Made by a program: the position numbers and the translations under genes. A stretch of 64,000 bases of DNA. Origin: a virus. The notes beneath the pieces were generated by a model that was not told the origin of the DNA, searched no databases, and saw only the letters and a list, made by a program, of their open reading frames with translations. The stretch is from the IMG/VR virus record IMGVR_UViG_3300022774_000002; one strand, given 5' to 3'. Positions 1 to 9,100 of this stretch are shown here, one piece after another (position 1 is the stretch's first letter; each line of letters starts with the position of its first letter).

Positions 1-168
1 ATGAGTTCCAGGTAGAAGTGCTTGACGCTCTAAAAGATCCGTCCACAGTTGAAAAACAAGAACTACGTAACGAATACCTTGATCTAACAATATCTGATGA
101 GATTGAAGCTCTTGAAGCTATGGAAAATCTTGATGAGTTCCAAGTAGAAGTGCTTGACGCTCTAAAAG
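1..168 (+). repeat. 36-nt direct repeat (1-36 vs 133-168, 35/36 identical) encoding (D)EFQVEVLDALK twice, 132 nt (44 codons) apart
   Basis: atgagttccaGgtagaagtgcttgacgctctaaaag at 1-36 versus atgagttccaAgtagaagtgcttgacgctctaaaag at 133-168. Both copies are in the giant ORF frame. Confidence 0.9.
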
Positions 169-3100
169 CAGTTCAACAGGATGAACCTGATTCTTCAGCA
201 TTGCCAGCACCCGAAGATGATACCTTCACAACACAGTTGCAAAATGTGCTCAGTAATCAAGGCTTTCAAAACTCCCCACCTGAAAGGAAGTTACAGGAAG
301 CTATACGCCTACAACTTGAGAGTGGTGAAAGTCTATCAGCTCCACAACTTTTTTACGGAGCTTCCACATTCTTTGGTCAAGGTCAATACAACTCGCAACA
401 GGTCTATGATGTGTTAGAAGTTGCTGTTAACCAATACCTTGAAGCACAAGGTTTGATGAATGTGAATGTCGATAGTACGACCGCAGTTGATAACATAGAT
501 AAAATCCAAGCGATAGAAGCACGATTGCCTCGAATGTCAGATCGCACCGCAGCACGCGACGAAAATCAGCAGTATTCCACTCCTTTCCATTATTCATACT
601 TGGTCAACTGGGTAGCTAACTTACAACCCGATGATGTCGTTGTTGAACCTTCAGCCGGAACAGGTAATTTAGCTTGGGCTGCTAAGGTTATTGGTGCTGA
701 GGTGCATGTCAATGACATAGGACAATTTCGCCACCATCTCTTACAGCAAAACTTCCAAAATGTAACGAATGTCGATGCTTCTAACATTGCACAGCAGCTC
801 CCTAATGTTAATGCGACATTAGTTGTTATGAACCCACCTTTTAGTAGCACACGCGGACAACGCAAAAACCTTACGCTCGGTATGAACATGGTAGAGTCCG
901 CTCTCGAAACACTACAACCTGGTGGCAGACTTGTCGCTATTGTCAACGGGGGACGTGACCTTACACCTGAAATGCGAGCGGGTGAAGCTCCTGGTGGCGG
1001 TCCACATTTCAACGCTGATAACTACCGAAAGATCTGGAATAGAATAGCAAGCAAACATGCCGTGAGAGCAAACTTGCACGTCAGTGGTGAAGTATATAAA
1101 GAGTTCGGTACTACTTTCAATACTCGATTACTTGTTATTGATAAATATCCAGTTGTCATAAATGAACCGATACGGAATCAAACAGACGGATCACTGAAAT
1201 CTGAATATGACACGATGCATAAACAACGTGTCGACACTATCAAAGAAGCAGTAGAACTACTGGAAGGAGTTAGATATGAGCGTTCCGGAGAACAATCATC
1301 CAGTGAATCAACACGCCAAACAACTACTGAGACAACTCCCGGAGGACAATCCGTATTACCCACACAACCAGGACAATCCACAACTCCACAGTCTGATCCT
1401 TCTGGAGTGGTTCCTGGAGGAGATAGTGCCGTTCAACCCGGAGATGGAACAACGCCTCCCCAAACAAACGTGGACAGACCTGGAACAGAAGGCACGGGAA
1501 CTACGGGACATGGGGACAGAAGCCGCGTGGAAATGGATGATGATCAAACAGGAGACACGGAAAGAGATGGAACTGGAACCGGACTTCAACCCGATAGCCG
1601 AACTGACGGAAGCGAAGAGACTGATGCAGGGGGCGTGGATGATGGCGGACGCAGTGCAGACACTAATATACGAACAAGTACACAACGAGAAAATACAACC
1701 CAATTAGACGAATCCGAAAGCACTAAACAGGTAGATGCTGGTAAGTCTTGGATGCCTGCTGCGGACTCTCATGTCATTATGGGTAAAGAGGTTAGCCTCG
1801 TTGAAACTGTATCGCTTGGACTTATTGATAGTCCTGATGTGGCTAACGTTGATGTTAATATTGCTGAGCCTGCCAAATCCCGATATTCCAATGCACAGAT
1901 GAAAGCAATCAAGTTGAATATCCGTGCACACGATGCACATATTGAACCTGAAATCTTAGGAGACGCACCCACGCGTCGTGGCATGTATAACGGTGATGAT
2001 ACAGGTGTTGGGAAAACATGGATCGCAGCAGGAACTATCATTCACTACCAGAATCAAGGTATTACGAAGCATATCGTTGTGGGAGCTGACAAGAAATGGC
2101 TTAAAGATTTTAATGAAGTATTTACACTCGCAGGTGGTAACGCAGATACCCTATTTGAACTCGGCAGCCAAAAGAATTTACCAGCTTCTGGTGTTATGTT
2201 AACAACTTACGGCACACTTCGCGGTAAAGGTCAAGAAACAAAACGGTTGAGTCAAGTATTAGAATGGGCTACAGGACAAAAACCTCCGCAATCCTTACTC
2301 AGTCCGCAGACAGACTTTGAACTCGCACACTTTGGAGAACTGCCCCGAACTTTTGCTTTAGCTGTCACTGAATACAATGCTGGTAATCCGATGCCAACAC
2401 GCGTCACTGATCTGATAAACGAGTGGAACGGTCTGTCGCAAGGCACTGGACAATCTATTGATGAAATCCCGGATTCTTATATAAATAGCTACCAAGACAT
2501 ACTCAAAGAACAAGAAACACTCATGGCTCTCGAAGGAGAGGTTGGTCCAGCTGAATGGATGAAAAATGCTGCGGGATATGACGGCACAATCACCTTTGAT
2601 GAATCACATAACATGAAAAACTCTGAAGGTGAGAACGCTACAAACACAGGTATACGGGGTAGACAACTCCAGAGATTACTTCCAGACGGACGCGTAACCT
2701 ACTATTCTGCTACAGGCACAACCGTTATTGACAACATCGCCTATATGGAAAGATTAGGTATATGGGGTAGAGATAAACCGTTTGCCAATTCTGAAGACTT
2801 TATCACTGATATGAAAAACGGGGGCTTAAGTGCTCAAGAAGTCATGGTACGTGATCTGAAAGCACAAGGCTTATTTATTTCTCGTGGTCTTGATATGTCA
2901 GATGTTATGGTAGACGATCTTGTTCATGAGTTGACACCTGTTCAACGACAAACCTACAACGAACTTGCTCATGCATGGCAAGAGATCAGATTATATCTAC
3001 ACCAGTATCTTGGCAGTCTTGAAGTGCTTGCTGAAGAATCTGATGGCGGTAAAGGTGATGTCGGTAAAAAGAAAGGGGATATTTGGGGTGAATACTACTC

Positions 3101-6100
3101 TAAACAACTTGACTTCTTCCAAGCAGTGCTAAATGCTTTCAAAATGCAGACTGTTCTTGAGGACATGAAAAAACAACTTGATCAAGGAAAAAAGGTGTCC
3201 ATCCAGTTCACGAACACCTACGAAGAATCACAAAAACGACAAGTTGACCGCGCAGAACGCGAAGGTATTGACATTAGTGAAATTGAATTTGGAGCGCGTG
3301 AGTTTTTGGAAGATTATCTTGACCCCGAAACAGGTGTATTTCCTACCTATGATTATGAGGTTATCTATGATCCTGTATTAGATAAAGACACATTGCGTCC
3401 TGTGACAAATAGCACTAATCAAATTATAGAAATCAAATATACGGATGCGCGCGGTCAACAAAAGGTGGAACGTGTGCCACCCGGTAAGCCTATACCCAAT
3501 GTGAACAACATTCAGAACCGTGAACGTATACTTGGATTAGTCTATAACTCTCACATGCCTGAACCCCCGCTTGACCAATTTGTTCAGATGTTCAAGGATA
3601 GAGGACAGGAGATCGCTGAGATTACAGGTCGAGAGTCTCGATACTACCGTAATGAAGAAGGTGAACGACAAAAAGAAAAGTTAAGTGGTGGTGATGCTGC
3701 ACTGCGTAAACTTGTCGAAAATTTCAATGATAATGAGTTGTTCGGTCTCGCATTCTCTAAAAAGGGTGCTACCGGTGCGAATTATCCTGCTACTGATCCG
3801 AACCATACCATCGTCCAGTATATCATTCAAGCAGGTTGGGAAGCTGACACACTCAAACAAGGTATGGGACGACACAAACGTTCTAATGAGGTTGCTCCCC
3901 CTGAAATCAAAAACACCTATACCGATGTAATTGGAGAAAAACGATTTGCGTCTACTGCGGCAGCACGGATGGCAGAAATGGGAGCTACAACCCGGTCACT
4001 TGCTGCTGGGGGAACTGGTCTTGATATATTTGATTTTGATGTTAAGTATCTACAGACAGAATACGGAGCTAATGCATTATATGATTTCTTTTCTGAACTC
4101 AACGAGGGATATACCTTTACTGTGCCTGGAGAAACAAACCCTGACGGTACACCTATGGTAATAGGCATGTATAGCAGTGAGGAAGCAGGAATTACTGGTA
4201 TAGATGTTGTAACTGGATTGAGCATTGAACTTGAACAGAATATGGTAAAAAAAGATAAAATGCCACCTGTAAAGCGATTTCTCAATCGTGTGCTTGGATC
4301 ACCAAGTATAGAAATCCAAGACACTCTATATGCCGAATACTATCGCAGATTACAGACAAGATTATCTCAAGCTAAGGCGGAAAACACACTTGATGTAGGT
4401 GTCGGAACACTACCCATAAAAAATGCAGAGATTGTCAACAATACAGTCCTCGCTACTGACCAAGAGTCCGGTGCAAATACATACGGCACAATCGTTCAAG
4501 CTGATGAAGAAGTGCCAAAAATCAATTTCGACGAACTCAAAACGATGATGACAGCTGACTCCCATTCAAACTACTGGTTTGTTGAGGATACAGAAGGTAA
4601 TGTATACCTTGATAAAGAAGTTCCCGCTCGTGTTGATGCAAGCACAGGTGAATCAAAACCCTGGGTTAGACGAACACAACCTGATGGCACAAATAGATAT
4701 GGTGAAGCTGAAAACGCTTATGGTGAAGGTTGGACACTGCAAGAGATCCGTGTTAGTGTCCGTGAGGATGGTTCTGAATCATGGTCTTTAGGAAATACAG
4801 AAAATGGTAGAAATAACCAGTTAGGTAGCACCATATACGACGAAATGATTCATGCACGATCATCTGAAGAAGTTGATGCTGCATTCAAAGACAAATGGGA
4901 TGCCAAGTATGATGAAACTTCAGCAACTAAAACTATATATCTACGCATGGTGCAGGGATTGATGTTACCTGTATGGGATAAAATCAATCCACCTATTGAA
5001 TACCCTGAAGGCACAGAACAATATAATCGTGAACTACGTAAACGTAGGCTTGTTCGTATCAATCTCGAAGATGGAACGGACATCATCGGTAGACAATTCG
5101 CATCGGTTGGAGAATACAATCAGATATTTGAAAACTTCGGTGTAGCTGCCCCTGACCAAAGTGTTACTGTCGCTACAGTCCCAATGAACCAGACTGGCGT
5201 GATGAACATGATAAATCAAGATGGGTATACCGTTGAACTTACGGATGGGTTATCTATTCGGACACGTCAACGTGCAGGACAAACTTATCTCGTCGTTGAA
5301 GGTGACCGGTCGCGACTCGAAAGCTTAATGAACGACAATATACTGGATCGCTTCCGTCCAGGTGGTGGTGGTTGGGTGTATTCCGTGCCTAACGATAACA
5401 TCACTACCTTGTTCAGTCGACATAAGCCTGTGCGTGCTAACAAACGCGGGGATATACTCAATATAAATTATGAAACTCCGGGAGGGACACCTAATGTTCC
5501 GGACGAAAATCAGACGGGAAATGAACAAGAATCTATTCCTACAGATCCAGAAGAAGCAAACAAACAACAAAAAGATAAGGTACGCGAAAGATTAGACGCT
5601 GCCGAAGTAGCTATACGTAACAGCATCTCACAAGGATGGGACTGGATCAATACCGAACGTATGGAGAGGTTTTCTATTATAGATGAGAGGTTATCTACCT
5701 TATCGTCTGAATTGATTGATGAATGGATAGAGGCATCTGATGAACTTACAGGTGTTAAAGTTTCACGCGAACGCAGTGAACGTATCCTTGCTGATAATAT
5801 CGGTAGCTGGATGGCTGAAGAAAAAAGCAAGCAAGATAGAATTCTTGGTCAAGAACATGATCAACAACTCACGGAAAATGAACACCTACAGGCTCTCGGT
5901 ATTGATCCTAATAACTGGCAAATCTGGACTGCGGAAGAACGCGAAGCAGAAGTAAATCGTATTTATGAAGCACTCTTACAACGTGAAATCAACGAGGAAG
6001 ATTTCAACATATCTCAAGCACAAGTGCAAGCTGTCAATGCCCTAATATCTGGTGAACTCGGTGATGTTGTCAATATCGCTGACACTGCAGACACACAACC

Positions 6101-9100
6101 CACTGAAGAAGGATGGCGACATGCATTCCCAAAAGGAAAAGCTGAACGCAATAAAGTGCGAGCAGAATACACAGCACAGGTGCAACAGATTATTACAAAT
6201 GAAACCGACTCAAAGGTGAAAGTGCGTCTGCGAAATGTAAATAAACAGTTGCAGTCAGGAGATTATTTCGGATTGCATGGTAGAACGATTCAATCTGGTG
6301 CTGAAGCTGCTCTTATAGCACAATTTATACGGAATCCACTCATAGAAAGCACACTCATACTGCTCCGCAAAGATAATAAGATTGTCCGTGCTGAATGGCT
6401 TTCACTTGGACAAACAGAGAACACGTCACCAGGAGTGAAAGCCGAAGTTGAACGTATGCTTGCAGATGAGAACGCTGACGACTTTATCCGAGTTCATAAT
6501 CACCCAAGCAAAGTAGCCAAGTTTTCTAATAAGGATATGAATACTGCCAATAACTGGCGTAATCATTTCGGCACACGGCTTGCTGAAGAAATTGTTATCG
6601 ATGAAGGGACTTATGCCCGAAGCCATTTTGACCAAGAAGGTGAAGCGCGCTTTGAGAACGAACTTCAATTAGACCTTGAAAATGGAACTATCGTCCAGCC
6701 TGAGTTTTTCGGTGCGTTTATGAAAACACCAAAGGGATGGACTACCTTAATGATGTTAGATGATGCTGGAAAGGTTGTCTCAGCAATGGATATTCAAGGA
6801 CTATACGATAAAGGTGTTCTTCAAAACAAACTTGAAAAGATACTTGAAATGACACCGAGAGCTACTCGGATGCACGTCATAGCTGGCAAAGGAAATGATG
6901 GAGCAGAACGCATCCTACATAATAACCTCTCAAATAATCCTGTTGTTGAGTCTATGTGGGTAGAGGGTAGACCTGTTAGATTACAATCTCCTTCAAATAG
7001 ACATCGGGTAAGTCGGGAATCAAGGGTCGCTCCTACAGATGACACAATTGAACGGAATATCGGAGGCACAAATCAGCGATTTGTAAAGATTGATCCTAAC
7101 GATCTAAGAGATGTAAAAGAGAAACGCAAACCTGTCATCATAGCTGGCATAACTCACGATCTTGTGAGAGATACCAATCGAGAAGATGTATCCAAGCGTA
7201 CGCGTGGCGATGCTGAACACATGGTATCAGCTGTTAGACGGGCAAAAGTAGATTTACTTGATCAAGAGAAACTCCAAGCTGCCCGGAATACGGTTATACA
7301 GGTTGTTGGACAAGAAACAAAATTTAAAGACGTGTTTGAAAAAATGGTAGGATTCCAACAACAGTTGCAGGGACTGGAATCTTATTATAATGCACTTGAT
7401 CAACTTGGCTGGGACAAGATTAAAGCTGACACTGTAGGAGATCTTAAGGCAATTGTAGATGAAAGCCCGACACTTCAAACGCCAGAGGTGTTAGCACTTT
7501 TTGAAGGTCATGATCCACAATCTGATGCTTATAATATTAATTTATCTGATATTCACAAAATAAAAAACACAGTGTTTGAAAAGAAACGGGCGTTAAGAGA
7601 TCAAAATATCAATCTCAGGGATCAAATAAGACATGATCATCATTCTGTACAATTTGCTGAGAGAACTATGGTTGATTCTGTTCAAGAAATGCTTAGTGAT
7701 CATAAGATAAGTATCGAACGCGTTGAAGATTTGTATAAATACCTTGATGAAGCACCGGCAGCGAAGGTAAAAGCAGCGTTAGATGACCTTTGGGGACACA
7801 TTTCAACGGAGCAAGCTGTCTATAACCTTGTCTTACAGGATGGGCATTTAAAAGCTTTATCTCCCACAGGTGATAAAAACATCAACGAAGGTATGTTAGC
7901 ATACACTTCATACAGTGCCTACTATAGGCGAAATGAACACTTTTATAACTATGGATTCATTTTGGATATGGAGAAGATACTAAACGAAATACCCAACGTC
8001 ACGGGAACTGTCCATGTTCGCAATGTGTGGCGTGAGCGAGCAGACTTAAATAACCCTGATGAAATCCGTGAAGCAATGGAAGCTTGGCATGATCCGGGTG
8101 ATGAGGACATAGTTATTGAAGTCCGTATGCCCCAAAATGTGTCTATAAACGATTACCTTATCGGTGTCATTGAAGATGGTGAGGTATATGTAAAATCTGA
8201 ATACAACACAGACAACGAAGGAGAATTAAGCGACTATGCAGCAGAACGTGATGTTGATAGTGCTTCTGTTATTGTAAATCCACGCCAGGATACTGAAATG
8301 TCCTTTGAGGGACAAGACTCTCTGAAAAATAAAGGTGCTAAAGAGGCTGTCCAATTTTTCTCTCAGATCGACGAGGAACTCGGAAAACGTGTCGGTAACT
8401 GGATACCCGCAATGCGTAAAGGTTGGAATGACACAATGGCAGTCTTTGAATCTGGACGACGCGGATTAGAGAAACTACGTAGCAAACCTGGTGCAAAAGC
8501 CACTCCTTTTGAAGCTGCAAGTAATGACCTTGACTTAGCAATGATAGACGCTGTTACACGGATCTCCGGAATACGCAATATCACCAACCCTGTGCTAAAA
8601 GAACGAAAGGCACTTATTACTCAGTTATCTAAAGCAGAAGGGATCAGTCGATCGCAACTCACCAGTGATATAAACGAAGCTATCTCTGACTATCGAGAAC
8701 ACAATAAACCGATAGAAAACAACGCTAACCTACGTGCCTATGAAGATGATGATCTCATGGCACAGGTGAAAGAATACGCGGATAAGGAAAAGGAAGCTTG
8801 GAAACAGATCATCAGACAAAGCGATGAAGATATTATCACCCTTGTCAAGGCTGCAGATAAAAATAATGAAAAGCTTACATATCCAAATGGTGAGCCGATC
8901 ACACCTCTCCCAATTGATGGGTTTCATTATGATCTCGAACGTGACGGTTGGGTGCAGATGTCAAAATGGAATGCAAAGCAAGGACGTATGCGTCCAGCAA
9001 CTGAAACTGACATGCAACGGACTTGGACAACTGCGGAAGTGTTCGCACAGGCTGAGCGTTTCTATGTGCCACACCATTATACCAAAGAACATCTACTCAC

